Shown: positions 48,887 to 58,411, counted from the stretch's first letter. The stretch is 64,000 nucleotides of DNA from Terrimicrobiaceae bacterium (GCA_041752695.1 JBGSVZ010000031.1:64001-128000); one strand, 5' to 3'. Numbers and translations are program-made. Notes: generated by a model from the sequence alone, not told the origin.

Positions 48887-49606
48887 TTACCACGGCAGGC
48901 AATTCCCTAAATGATAGAATCCACCCGTTGGACCATCGGCCGGGAGGGTAGCCAGCTGCACGGCTGTCTTGGCTCCCTCTTCTACCGTCAGCGTGCCGGC
49001 GGGATTGGCATCGGTCGCCACTGCGCCAGGATGTGCCGAATTCACCTTGATCGTCGTGTCTTTGAGTGCGTCGGCGAGATGCACCGTGAAGGCATTGACC
49101 ACCGTTTTGCTGGAGTTGTAGGCCAGCGGCTTAAATCCTTCCATCCCGGCTCCCGGCGTGGAATGCAGGGTGAGCGAACCCAGCGCACTGGATTGGTTGA
49201 CGATACGACCTGCCGTACTTTTTCGTAACAACGGCAGGAGTTGCTGCGTGAGATCCACTAACGCAAAAAAGTTCGCCTCGAACGTATCGCGCAGCATTTG
49301 CATCGGCACATTGGCTGCGGTGTAAGCCCAATCATTTGCAAAACCCGCATTATTTACGAGCACATCGAGTCGTCCATACTCGGCTGCAATCAGATCGTGC
49401 AGCTTCGAAAACGTTTTGGCGTCATTCATATCCACGAGCACCGCCTGCACATCGAGCCCTTCCGCTTGCAACTTCGCCGCCGCCTCCGCCCCGCGCGATG
49501 GCTCCCGCGCACCGAGCAGGACCGTGTATCCCAGCGCCCCCAGTTGACGACAAATTTCCAGACCAATGCCTTTGTTGGCCCCGGTCACAAGTGCGATGTT
49601 TTTCAT
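48887..49606 (-). CDS. SDR oxidoreductase (carbonyl reductase-like)
   Basis: TGANKGIG, LVNNAG, YNSSK, HPG.VATD. Confidence 0.93.
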   Translation of the reverse strand: MKNIALVTGANKGIGLEICRQLGALGYTVLLGAREPSRGAEAAAKLQAEGLDVQAVLVDMNDAKTFSKLHDLIAAEYGRLDVLVNNAGFANDWAYTAANVPMQMLRDTFEANFFALVDLTQQLLPLLRKSTAGRIVNQSSALGSLTLHSTPGAGMEGFKPLAYNSSKTVVNAFTVHLADALKDTTIKVNSAHPGAVATDANPAGTLTVEEGAKTAVQLATLPADGPTGGFYHLGNCLPW

Positions 49607-49737
49607 GTGGTTTTAAGGTTTGCTGGAACCACGCAAGCATAGTGCAGCGTGTTTTCAAGTTCGTTCGAGAGGAGGTGATGCCCAAAACACAGGCTCGCAT
49701 GACAGCGATTAATCTACCTGTCCCTTGTTTGCATGTA

Positions 49738-50247
49738 TCATTCCCGGAAGCTGCGAACCATGTTCAAGTAGTCGCCGGCCCCCGTCGCAAACTGGGTGAA
49801 ACCGAAAGCATGGTAAAGCCGCAGAGCCACGTGGTTGGCGGGGTGGACGCCTAGGGAAATAGCAGGACAAAGGGGTGCGACTGTCTCAAGATGCTGATCG
49901 AGTAGCTTTGTGCCGACGCCCTGGCCTTGGAAATTCTCAAAAACGGCGATACCCAACTGGGGTGTGCGCAAGTCGTAAAACGCACCGCCTGGCTGGGGCG
50001 GTAGGAGGAGACGCTGCCAGACCACCCCGAGACAGACGCCATCCTCGGCAACGGCTACAAAGCCCATGTCGAGGGGTTGGGATGACCAATCCTCGACATA
50101 ACAGGCAATCTGCGGAAGTGACAGAACGCTGCGGGGACGTCGCAGTGATTCCGGCGGATCCCACAGTGCCACGTAGAGGGCGTCCCAAAGAAGATCCTGG
50201 TCTGCCTTCGTCAAACGGCGGAGCGCTATTGAGGAGTTTGGCGTCAT
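49738..50247 (-). CDS. GNAT acetyltransferase
   Basis: LGIAV...QGQGVGTKLL...N.ALRLY..FGF. Start inferred. Confidence 0.85.
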   Translation of the reverse strand: MTPNSSIALRRLTKADQDLLWDALYVALWDPPESLRRPRSVLSLPQIACYVEDWSSQPLDMGFVAVAEDGVCLGVVWQRLLLPPQPGGAFYDLRTPQLGIAVFENFQGQGVGTKLLDQHLETVAPLCPAISLGVHPANHVALRLYHAFGFTQFATGAGDYLNMVRSFRE

Positions 50248-50386
50248 AACCCGGACCTGCTGGTAGATAGCACGGCTCATAGCCAAGGTGATGCCGCGGC
50301 AGCCAACTGTAGTCCCCACGTAGGAATGGCAATCGACTTTTCGAGCCGGCGGAGACAGTTCATGATCATAGATTGAGCGAAAACTA

Positions 50387-51694
50387 CTACAACACACGCC
50401 CGGCTTTGATGACCTCGGCGTAGTATTTTCCGCTCAGTTTTACCGTGCGCTCCATGGTGCGGTAGTTGGTGCGGACGAGGCCGAAGCGTGCGGAGAAGCC
50501 TTCCATCCACTCGAAGTTGTCCATGAAGGACCAGTGGAAATAGCCTTTGATCGGCAGGCCGTCGGCATGGGCACGTTGGACGTGGGCGAGGTGTTCGCGG
50601 AGGAATTCGATGCGGTCGATGTCGAGCACCTCGCCGTTGCGCTGTTCTTTGTCGTTGGCAGTCATTCCGTTTTCCGTGATGTAAACCGGAACGTCGCCGA
50701 AGTGATCCTGACTGTGTTTGATGAGGGAATAAATCGAGCGGGGAGCGATGTTCCAGCCGAGCTGGTTTTTCGGATAGCTGGCGGGGAAATCAATGACCTC
50801 ATAACCACGGGCGTTGTCGGCGGCGCGGACGACAGAGCCAGAGTAGATGTTGTAGCCGGCGAAGTCCACGGGGGTACCGATGACTTTCATTTCTTCGTCG
50901 GTAGTTTCGGGGAGGTTCTCTTTGTATTGCTCGAAATATTCGTCGCTGTATTTGCCCTCGAAAATGGGGAACGTGATCCGCGCGTTGCTATATTTGAAGG
51001 CGCGGCTGGCGGCGGCGATGTGTTCCGGTGTGTCATAGACGGGATGTTCAGACCAGAGGGCTTCGGCGAAGCCGGCGTTGAGTGGTTGTTTTGCCCCGGC
51101 CCGCAACCCTGCGAGGGCGTGACCGTGGCCGAGGAGGGCGTTGTGCACGATTTGCAGGGGCTGGCCCATGGTGAAGACGTGGATTTCGTTGGTGGTGATC
51201 CAGTTTTTTACCCGGTCGGAATAAAGCTCCGCGACGCGTTGGGCGAAGTCGCCGAGGCGCTTGGAGACTTCCTTGCTCTTCCATCCGCCGTATTTGTCTT
51301 CGAGCGCCTGGGGTAAATCCCAGTGGTAGCAAGTCACCCAGGGCGTAATGCCGTTGGCAAGAAGTTCATCAATCAGGCGATCGTAAAAATCCACACCCTT
51401 GGGATTTAGGCCGCCTTCGCCATCGGGAAGGATACGCGACCACGAAAGTGAGAAGCGGTAGGCATTGAGGTGGAGCGAACGCATGATGGCGACGTCCTCT
51501 TTGTAACGATGATAGTGATCGCAGGCGCGTTCGCCCGAGTCGTTGTTTTTGATGAAACCGGGCTTCAGGCAGTTGGTATCCCAGATGGAAGGAGCGCGTC
51601 CGTCTTCGGCGACGGCTCCCTCGATTTGATAAGCGGCGGTGGCGGTGCCCCAGACGAAGTCGGCGGGGAAATGGGTGGAGGTCGTGATTTGCAT
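50387..51694 (-). CDS. GH1 beta-glucosidase
   Basis: FVWGTATAAYQIEG, YHWDLP, TTNE, YITENG, WSFMDNFEW. Confidence 0.95.
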   Translation of the reverse strand: MQITTSTHFPADFVWGTATAAYQIEGAVAEDGRAPSIWDTNCLKPGFIKNNDSGERACDHYHRYKEDVAIMRSLHLNAYRFSLSWSRILPDGEGGLNPKGVDFYDRLIDELLANGITPWVTCYHWDLPQALEDKYGGWKSKEVSKRLGDFAQRVAELYSDRVKNWITTNEIHVFTMGQPLQIVHNALLGHGHALAGLRAGAKQPLNAGFAEALWSEHPVYDTPEHIAAASRAFKYSNARITFPIFEGKYSDEYFEQYKENLPETTDEEMKVIGTPVDFAGYNIYSGSVVRAADNARGYEVIDFPASYPKNQLGWNIAPRSIYSLIKHSQDHFGDVPVYITENGMTANDKEQRNGEVLDIDRIEFLREHLAHVQRAHADGLPIKGYFHWSFMDNFEWMEGFSARFGLVRTNYRTMERTVKLSGKYYAEVIKAGRVL

Positions 51695-51718
51695 AAAGGC
51701 TAAAGAGATGATGTGAGG

Positions 51719-52555
51719 TCAGGCGGAGGTGTTAAGTTTTGATTCGGCAACGGTGGAGTTGACGAGAGGTTCGAGGTCGTCGATGAGGGCGGCAAGGGTC
51801 GCGGCTTGACGGCTGAAAGCGTCGGCGTGGCCGCTGGGGTAGAGGGCGGCGGTTATGCGCGGAGCGAGATCGGCCGGTTGGAGGGCAAAGTCCTCGACGT
51901 AAAGGAGATTGGCACCGTCGCCGACGTAATAGGTGCGGTTGAGGGCAAAGAGAACCTGAAGGATGTCGTGGACGAGGCGGGCGCTCAAACCGGCGAGGAA
52001 CACCACATCACGGCGCGCGATCTTGTGGCGGTAATGGTAGTCGTTTCGCCAATAGCGCAACGAGCCGAAGTGCTTGCGGATGAGCTCGGTTTGCAGGGCT
52101 CGCGGATAGTCGGCGAGGCGCGCCTGCCACGCGGTGATCAGGCCGTCGGGGTCGTCGATGACGAGCTGGTTGGCCAGATCGGTGAGCAGGTGGTAGCCCC
52201 AGATACTCCACTCCCGCTCGACCGGACGACCTTTGCCGGCCAGCCAGGCGTCCAGCTCTTCATTGATCTCATGCACACTGCGCACCCAACAGTAGTCAAT
52301 GTCGATCCCAAGAGCTCGCCAATGGTCCACCGCCCGGGAAAACGATTTCCACTCTTCGCATTCCCAGAAATGCGGAGCGCCGGCCAATTCGTCGCAGAAG
52401 ACGCGAAAATCGACGTCGGATTGTTCGTCGAAGGTGCCTTTGCCGTGGGAGCCGCCGATGGTGACGGCGCAGCGGCCCCGGCCGAGGGCACGCAGATAGG
52501 GCAGGCAATCGTCGATCACCGCCTGGATGCGGGGAATGGGCGGGACGGCACTCAT
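51719..52555 (-). CDS. Pol-beta-type nucleotidyltransferase (DUF4037-like)
   Basis: IGGSHGKGTFDEQSDVDF; YPRAL; LFALNRTY. Start ATG 52555 overlaps the upstream stop. Confidence 0.8.
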   Translation of the reverse strand: MSAVPPIPRIQAVIDDCLPYLRALGRGRCAVTIGGSHGKGTFDEQSDVDFRVFCDELAGAPHFWECEEWKSFSRAVDHWRALGIDIDYCWVRSVHEINEELDAWLAGKGRPVEREWSIWGYHLLTDLANQLVIDDPDGLITAWQARLADYPRALQTELIRKHFGSLRYWRNDYHYRHKIARRDVVFLAGLSARLVHDILQVLFALNRTYYVGDGANLLYVEDFALQPADLAPRITAALYPSGHADAFSRQAATLAALIDDLEPLVNSTVAESKLNTSA

Positions 52556-53589
52556 CGGGATAAGATGGAAAGGGTGAGAAAGTCGAGACCTTGTCCGTCG
52601 GGGCAGAATTCGTGGCCGCCGTCGAATTCGCGGCAGACGAGGCTTTCGCCGGAGCCTGCCGCTTTCCGGCGTTCGACGATGCTGCACAGGACGGGACGGG
52701 CGGTTTTCACGTCGAAGACCTCATCGCGGGTGCCCACTTCGATCCAGAGCGGACGCGGATGGATGAGCTGGGCAAGGAGGACATCATCAAGATGCCGCGC
52801 GCTGTCGAACCAGATCCAGTCGCCCCAATTGTAGCGATAGCGGTCATTGACGTAGCAGGAACTGAGCACGGCGCGAAAACGTTGATCCAGCGCGCCGGCG
52901 AGCAGGGCGTAAAACCCTCCATAGGACAGGCCTGCGACGGCCCAGCAATTCTCCTGCACCGGGAAATGCGCGGCAGTCTCCTCTGCCGCACGTTGCAGGG
53001 TGCGCAGATCAAGAGCGACGCGGGAACCGCCGAGTTGCTTAAGGTCGCGGTCGATGGCGAACTGGTCGATGGGAGGCTGAAACTCTTTCTGCCAGAGGAG
53101 CAATTGGGGGAGGACCACAGTCCAGCCCCGTTCCACGGCCTGACGCACAGCCTGATGATAGCTGGAGTCTCCCTGAAGGTTGAGGACTTGCGCCGGTGTT
53201 CCTTCGCCTCCGTGCTGGAAGACCAGGAGCGGACGCGGGCTGTCGGTTGGAGTGTTCGGTGAACAAACGAGAGCGTAACTGTGGAATCCCTCCGTGACTT
53301 CAAAGGTGATTCTGCTGACGTTCGCCCAGTCGACCACGTGTCCCAACGACTCCACCGTGCTGGCGGCGAGAACGGGTTGTTCGTCCCGCGGGGTCACATC
53401 CAGCGGCCAGCCGAGCATGGCTCTCAGCTGTCGCCGCAAGACTTCGTGCGCAGCTGGTTCCGCTGCCAGGCTCTCCTCCTCCGCATGGCGATCGGCGTCG
53501 GCTTGAAGGCGGCGGCGTGCTATCAAGGCTCCCAGGGAATTGCAAACGGCATCCCGCCAGGGCTGATCGCAAATGGGGCTGTTCATCAT
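52552..53589 (-). CDS. Alpha/beta hydrolase (esterase/dienelactone hydrolase-like)
   Basis: LLVFQHGG, AGLSYGG, IHPRPLWIE.G..D, FDGGHEF. Confidence 0.85.
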   Translation of the reverse strand: MMNSPICDQPWRDAVCNSLGALIARRRLQADADRHAEEESLAAEPAAHEVLRRQLRAMLGWPLDVTPRDEQPVLAASTVESLGHVVDWANVSRITFEVTEGFHSYALVCSPNTPTDSPRPLLVFQHGGEGTPAQVLNLQGDSSYHQAVRQAVERGWTVVLPQLLLWQKEFQPPIDQFAIDRDLKQLGGSRVALDLRTLQRAAEETAAHFPVQENCWAVAGLSYGGFYALLAGALDQRFRAVLSSCYVNDRYRYNWGDWIWFDSARHLDDVLLAQLIHPRPLWIEVGTRDEVFDVKTARPVLCSIVERRKAAGSGESLVCREFDGGHEFCPDGQGLDFLTLSILSR

Positions 53590-53654
53590 GCAGTACTTAA
53601 AGTCAACGAGTCGTGAACTTACGAGTAGGTTCCCGCGGAGTCTGTCTCCAAGGT

Positions 53655-53696
53655 GCTTAAACTATAAGACGCCCACGGATGCTGAATAATTAAAGC
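53655..53696. promoter_or_regulatory. Two copies of the 16-bp operator in a divergent promoter region
   Basis: GCTTAAACTATAAGAC (53655-53670) and GCTGAATAATTAAAGC (53681-53696). Confidence 0.72.
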
Positions 53697-53789
53697 CTTT
53701 TGCGGTTTTGCAGAAGCGCAAACGGACGCTACGGTCTCGGAATGGTTAAAGGTTCCGACCCGTAACCATCAATCGTCCCCTCCAACTTT

Positions 53790-54410
53790 ATGAAAAAGAC
53801 CCGCCTTCCCCAGCTTCTGACCCTTTCGATCCTCGCGCTCGCGTCATTCACCCAAGCGGCTGACCTCGCTGATATTCAGGCCATTGACGTCAAGGCCTTC
53901 AAGATTCCCGTGGTGGAGGGCAAACAAAATTGGACTTCGCTGCCGCCAGAGGGCATCGGCATCAATGTCTGGGCACCGGAAGGAGCTGGCGAAATTTCGG
54001 TTGAGGATTTCCAGGGTGAGCAGGCCTTTGTTCTCCGGAATACCGGAGCGAAACCGAGTGTCTTTCTTACCGTGAAGGACCCGTTTCTCAAGGTCGAGCT
54101 GGCGGCTGGTAAATCCTACGAGGTGTCTATTTCTTATGCGGTGGACGGCGACCCGGGTGCCAATGTCGTCCTGGCTGCCACCAGTTCTGACGGATCAATT
54201 GTCGCGGACACGGATGCACCGCAAGTGCCTGACAAACAGGCTTGGAAGGTGGAGCTTCCCCCGGAATCGGGAAAATGGAGCACGGTCAAAGAAACCCTGA
54301 AAGTCAAGGAGGGCACGGGGCTCTTGGAGCTACAGTTCCATGCGACGAAGTCTGGCGAGGACAATCTGCTGGCCGTTCGTTCGATCCAGGTGACGGAAGT
54401 CGCAAAATGA
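53790..54410 (+). CDS. Exported hypothetical protein, possible carbohydrate-binding jelly-roll
   Basis: Signal peptide; ELAAGKSYEVSISY...GKWSTVKET...LQFH...VRSIQVTEV. Confidence 0.6.
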   Translation: MKKTRLPQLLTLSILALASFTQAADLADIQAIDVKAFKIPVVEGKQNWTSLPPEGIGINVWAPEGAGEISVEDFQGEQAFVLRNTGAKPSVFLTVKDPFLKVELAAGKSYEVSISYAVDGDPGANVVLAATSSDGSIVADTDAPQVPDKQAWKVELPPESGKWSTVKETLKVKEGTGLLELQFHATKSGEDNLLAVRSIQVTEVAK

Positions 54411-54420
54411 ATCTACGGTT

Positions 54421-55086
54421 ATGATTTCCTTCCCCCTTCAGCAACGAAGGCGCCGAGGTTTCACCCTGATTGAGCTTCTTACCATCATCGGAATTATTGG
54501 TGTTCTCGCGGCCCTCGTTTTTCCGGCAGTGGGCCAGATGCGCGGCTCGGCCAACCGGACGAAAGTACTTTCCAACCTCCGGAAACTTCAATCCGCCAAT
54601 GTTATGTATGCCCAGGAAAACGATGGGCGATATGTGCCAGTCTGGGACAATGTGCCGGAAGGCTACCGGCTGCAATGGTATGCCGACTACCGCTTTACCC
54701 AGGCCATGTTGGGTAATGCCAGCGGACAATGGGGTCTGCCGGACAAAATGACCGATCCCCGCGTGGCGAAACGGGCCGATGGTACCGTCAACACCGCCAT
54801 TCAGTATGCGATGAACACGCAGCAGATTGGCGGGGGTTGGAGTGCGGCCGGGCCAACCGGATACAGGGTTTCCGACATCGCGACTCCGTCCAGCACGATC
54901 GTTTTTATCACCGCCAACAACTGGCTGTTCGACGCCTCACCGTCCAGCATCAACCGGGTCGAATACCGAAATGGCGATGGCAAAGCGGAGGCCGTGCGTT
55001 TCGATGGCAGCGTGATCCTGGTGACAAAGGCGCAACTTTCTGACGGCAGTGCCACCAATCGGTCCCTTTTGAATCCGAAGGAATAG
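54421..55086 (+). CDS. Prepilin-type N-methylation protein with degenerate H-X9-DG C-terminus
   Basis: RGFTLIELLTIIGIIGVLAALVFP...SNLRKL...YAMN...YRNGDGKAEAVRFDGSV. Confidence 0.88.
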   Translation: MISFPLQQRRRRGFTLIELLTIIGIIGVLAALVFPAVGQMRGSANRTKVLSNLRKLQSANVMYAQENDGRYVPVWDNVPEGYRLQWYADYRFTQAMLGNASGQWGLPDKMTDPRVAKRADGTVNTAIQYAMNTQQIGGGWSAAGPTGYRVSDIATPSSTIVFITANNWLFDASPSSINRVEYRNGDGKAEAVRFDGSVILVTKAQLSDGSATNRSLLNPKE

Positions 55087-55205
55087 GCCTGGCTCCCGGT
55101 TTGGGAGTGCGTTGAGGACGCTGTGTGCGACATTTCACGAATCACCCGCTCAGATCTTATCCCGGATCAATGACCAGCGGGTAGGGAAACTGACAGTGTG
55201 CGGGA

Positions 55206-55931
55206 ATGAAACGTCCCACCACTCGTTCCTTCGAAGTTAATGCCAGCCTTTTGGGCGCAAGCTTCCTCTTCGCGCAATTCATTCTGATCTGGACCACCTT
55301 TTTTATCCTGTCCGTCACGATTAACTGGCCGGCCAGTCTGGATGATCCGGCGGATATCTCCCTGCCGCGTCTGTTGGCCAATGAGGGAGCGGTCCTGGCG
55401 GGCTATGGCTGTTATTTTTTGGCGGCTCTCCTGCTGGTTCCGGCCACAGCGGCTCTGAATGCCAGACTGTCGGTTTCAGGGCCGATGTCCTGCTTCACCA
55501 TGGCGTTGGCCACATTGGCTGCCCTGGCGAAAGCGATCGGAATTTCCCGATGGCTCTTTGTCATGCCTGATCTGGCCCGTGCTTATGCTGCAGATCAGGG
55601 AGACCGGCCGAATATCGTATTGGCTTTTGACATTCTCAACGACTACGCCGGCGGAGTGGGTGAAGTTTTGGGTGTCGGTTTGATGGGGGGAGTCTGGACG
55701 ATCCTCATGGCCGGGTTAGTTCTGCGCAGTGGAGAGCGCCGCCGGGGCTGGGTTGGCTGGTTTGCCGTCATCGCGGGGGCCTCGCTTTTTTTGGCGATTC
55801 CCGCCGGTTTCGGCGTGGACCTGGGCCCCGTTCTGACCTTCAGCAACATCGCGTGGCAATTTTCACTTCTTGGAATCGCCATCTGGGTCTGGCGTTTGTC
55901 TCCCTCCTCTTCCGACAGTGGACAGATTTAA
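55206..55931 (+). CDS. Membrane protein (DUF4386-like)
   Basis: Six hydrophobic segments; INWPASL, IGISRWLFVMP, YAGGVGEVLG. Confidence 0.65.
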   Translation: MKRPTTRSFEVNASLLGASFLFAQFILIWTTFFILSVTINWPASLDDPADISLPRLLANEGAVLAGYGCYFLAALLLVPATAALNARLSVSGPMSCFTMALATLAALAKAIGISRWLFVMPDLARAYAADQGDRPNIVLAFDILNDYAGGVGEVLGVGLMGGVWTILMAGLVLRSGERRRGWVGWFAVIAGASLFLAIPAGFGVDLGPVLTFSNIAWQFSLLGIAIWVWRLSPSSSDSGQI

Positions 55932-55960
55932 AATCCGCGCTATGTGTGGCTTCGAATTTC

Positions 55961-56563
55961 ATGAGCAAGAGTTCGGAGAAAGTTTCTTTTGATAAACTCA
56001 CGGGGGAGATCCTCACGCTTTCCCACCCACTGGTGCCCTCTGAGGCGGCACTCCGGGCATTTTTGCGGGGAATCTCGCAAAAAAATTATGCTCGGGGCGA
56101 GCCTCTTTGCCGGACGGGGCATCGGGTAGAAACGTTATACTTTATTCAACGGGGGCTCATTCGATATTTTTATCTGGGCGATGGAACAGAGTATACGGGC
56201 CAGTTTTTCGGCGAGGGTGATTTTGTGGCCGACGTGTATGCCCTGACGACAGGTGCCCCGGCTTTGCAGAATTTTGATGCCTTGGTGGACTCGGTGATTT
56301 CTGGCATCCCGAGAAAGAGTCTTTGGCAAGCATACGTCTCAGACCATGCCTTTGAGCGTTTTGGACGGCGTTTGTTGGAGGGGGCCATGGCGAGTTCCCA
56401 AAAGCGCAGTGCTGCTTTGCTGATGCAGTCGCCGGAAGAGCGTTATGAAGATTTTGTGCGAACGAGGCCGGAAGTGATCGATCAGGTGCCACAATACATC
56501 ATTGCCTCGTATCTCGGCGTGACCCCCGAATCCTTGAGCCGTATTCGGCGCCGGAGGACGTAG
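55961..56563 (+). CDS. Crp/Fnr-family regulator
   Basis: LYFIQRGLIR...SPEERY...VPQYIIASYLGVTPESLSRIR. Confidence 0.9.
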   Translation: MSKSSEKVSFDKLTGEILTLSHPLVPSEAALRAFLRGISQKNYARGEPLCRTGHRVETLYFIQRGLIRYFYLGDGTEYTGQFFGEGDFVADVYALTTGAPALQNFDALVDSVISGIPRKSLWQAYVSDHAFERFGRRLLEGAMASSQKRSAALLMQSPEERYEDFVRTRPEVIDQVPQYIIASYLGVTPESLSRIRRRRT

Positions 56564-56601
56564 TTACAACGTTCCGGCCAACTCTTCATCAAGCACGCAA
56601 A

Positions 56602-57072
56602 ATGAAAAACAGTGTGATAGAACTCCCGTTTAACCGTTTCCTTGGCATTGAAACGGCATCCGAACCCACGAAGCTTCTTCGGCTTCCGGCTGGGACGAAA
56701 TATCTCAACCACCTGGGAACCGTCCATGCCAGTGCTCAGCTTGCGCTTGCCGAGGCTTCAAGCGGAGAGTTTTTGCTGCGCGAATTTGGATCGACTTCCG
56801 GCGTTGTTCCGATTGTTCGCCGGCTCGAATCAAAGTTTCGAAAACCCGCGAAAGGCGTCATTACCTCCACCATTTCCCCATCTCCGGAGATGATGGAGAG
56901 ATTACGAGCCGATCTTCACGCCAGGGGCCGGGCGGTAGTCCGTGTTGACGTTGAACTTTACGATGAGTCTGGTGCCCACACCCTTTCAGCCACCGTCGAG
57001 TGGTTTATCGCACAAAATCCGGCGGAGACCCCGACCGATTATTCGGGGCGTGAATGGGAGGGTGTCAGTTGA
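56602..57072 (+). CDS. Hot-dog fold thioesterase-like protein
   Basis: PFNRFLG, NHLGTVHA...LAE, KFRKPA. Confidence 0.8.
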   Translation: MKNSVIELPFNRFLGIETASEPTKLLRLPAGTKYLNHLGTVHASAQLALAEASSGEFLLREFGSTSGVVPIVRRLESKFRKPAKGVITSTISPSPEMMERLRADLHARGRAVVRVDVELYDESGAHTLSATVEWFIAQNPAETPTDYSGREWEGVS

Positions 57073-57116
57073 TCAAAACACGGAAACCGACCCAGGTGGT
57101 CCGGCGTAGAGCCTTG

Positions 57117-57860
57117 GTGAAAATCATCCCATTTCTTTTCCTGACCACCGTCTTGCCAGTCATCAAGGCCGGGGAGCTGATCGACCACGATCATCCGACC
57201 ATCGTCGCCACGGCGGCGACGATTTGCCGGGGACTCGACAGGCCAAGGACCCGGGCCGTCGCCATTCACGATTTTGTGCGCGATGAGATCGCGTTTGGCT
57301 GGACGGGTCGTTTTTACGACATGAAAGCTTCGGAGGTGCTCCGGGCGAAGATCGGGTATTGCAACACCAAGTCCACTCTCTTCGTCGCTCTGCTGCGGGC
57401 TGCCGGTATCCCGGCGCGGATCCGTTATGTGGGCCTGAATGCGGAGATCCTCCACGGCCTCGTAGATGCGGGGCGGCCCTATGTGGATCATTCCTACGTC
57501 GAAGTGGAATTGGATGGTCGCTGGGTCCGGACCGATAGCTATATCGTGGATGAGCGGCTCTTTTGGGCGGCTCGCTCCCGTTTGCAAAAGGAAAAGCGAA
57601 AGTTGGGCTATGGGATTCACCTTAATGGTCGGATCGACTGGGATGGTGGGAGCGATTGTTTTGCTCAATTTGTGGACGATGGTGCAGTTACGAATTTATC
57701 TGATCAGGATTACGGGATCCATGAGGATATCGGGCGATTCTACGCCACGGGGCAGGGGCGGGATCAACTGATGGGCGTGGTTAAATGGCTTTTTCCGACC
57801 CTGATAAAATCGGCCACCCAACGTGCGGAAGTCCTGCGAAGCGAGTCGCAGACCGAATAA
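57117..57860 (+). CDS. Transglutaminase-like protein
   Basis: GYCNTKS..FVALLRAAGIPAR...HSYVEV..DGRW..TD (Cys-His-Asp). Start uncertain. Confidence 0.85.
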   Translation: MKIIPFLFLTTVLPVIKAGELIDHDHPTIVATAATICRGLDRPRTRAVAIHDFVRDEIAFGWTGRFYDMKASEVLRAKIGYCNTKSTLFVALLRAAGIPARIRYVGLNAEILHGLVDAGRPYVDHSYVEVELDGRWVRTDSYIVDERLFWAARSRLQKEKRKLGYGIHLNGRIDWDGGSDCFAQFVDDGAVTNLSDQDYGIHEDIGRFYATGQGRDQLMGVVKWLFPTLIKSATQRAEVLRSESQTE

Positions 57861-57865
57861 AGCAT

Positions 57866-58279
57866 ATGGCAAACAAGGCATCCCTCGCTTTTCGAAAAAT
57901 CCGCAGTGATGTCTTGGGTGCGACGCAGGCGGTCCCCGAGGGACGCATCACTACATATGGGATCGTGGGCGACTATCTGGAGGTGATGGCCCGTCATGTT
58001 TCCTACATCCTGGCTATGCTCTCGGAAGAGGAGCGGGCGGGGGTCCTGTGGTATCGGGTGGTCGGTGCAGAGGGCCGGTTATCCACCAAAAACCGGGCGC
58101 GTCTGGACGTGCAAATAGCGGCATTGCTTCGGGAAGGTCACGTGGTGAAGGCGAACCGGGTGGAAGACTTCGAGGATAAAGTTTTCGGATGGCCGCAGAG
58201 AAAGCTGGTCCCAGGTCAAGTCCTGCGCCAGGCCTACAGCGACCCGGCTACTCCGCTGCTCTTCCCGCCAAAAGGGTGA
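57866..58279 (+). CDS. Alkyltransferase-like (MGMT/Atl family) protein
   Basis: VPEGRITTYG...ARHV...LWYRVV (Trp replaces the catalytic Cys)...LLREG. Confidence 0.85.
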   Translation: MANKASLAFRKIRSDVLGATQAVPEGRITTYGIVGDYLEVMARHVSYILAMLSEEERAGVLWYRVVGAEGRLSTKNRARLDVQIAALLREGHVVKANRVEDFEDKVFGWPQRKLVPGQVLRQAYSDPATPLLFPPKG

Positions 58280-58328
58280 ATGCGTGAGTATCCCTCGTCG
58301 CGCGTAAAGCTTTTGGCCATCTTTCATT

Positions 58329-58344
58329 TATGAATAGTTTAAGC
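58329..58344. promoter_or_regulatory. 16-bp operator upstream of GH3
   Basis: TATGAATAGTTTAAGC (reverse complement GCTTAAACTATTCATA). Confidence 0.68.
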
Positions 58345-58411
58345 AGTCTGGGTGCTGGGTTTTATTCTGGGAGTGGAGCAAAGTCCCGCCTGCAATTTCC
58401 CCTGTTTTCCA

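Noticed and set aside
48841..48893. Bulged hairpin as integron attC site
   Set aside because: No proper RYYYAAC/GTTRRRY pair, no similar sites between the other small genes, and no integron integrase.
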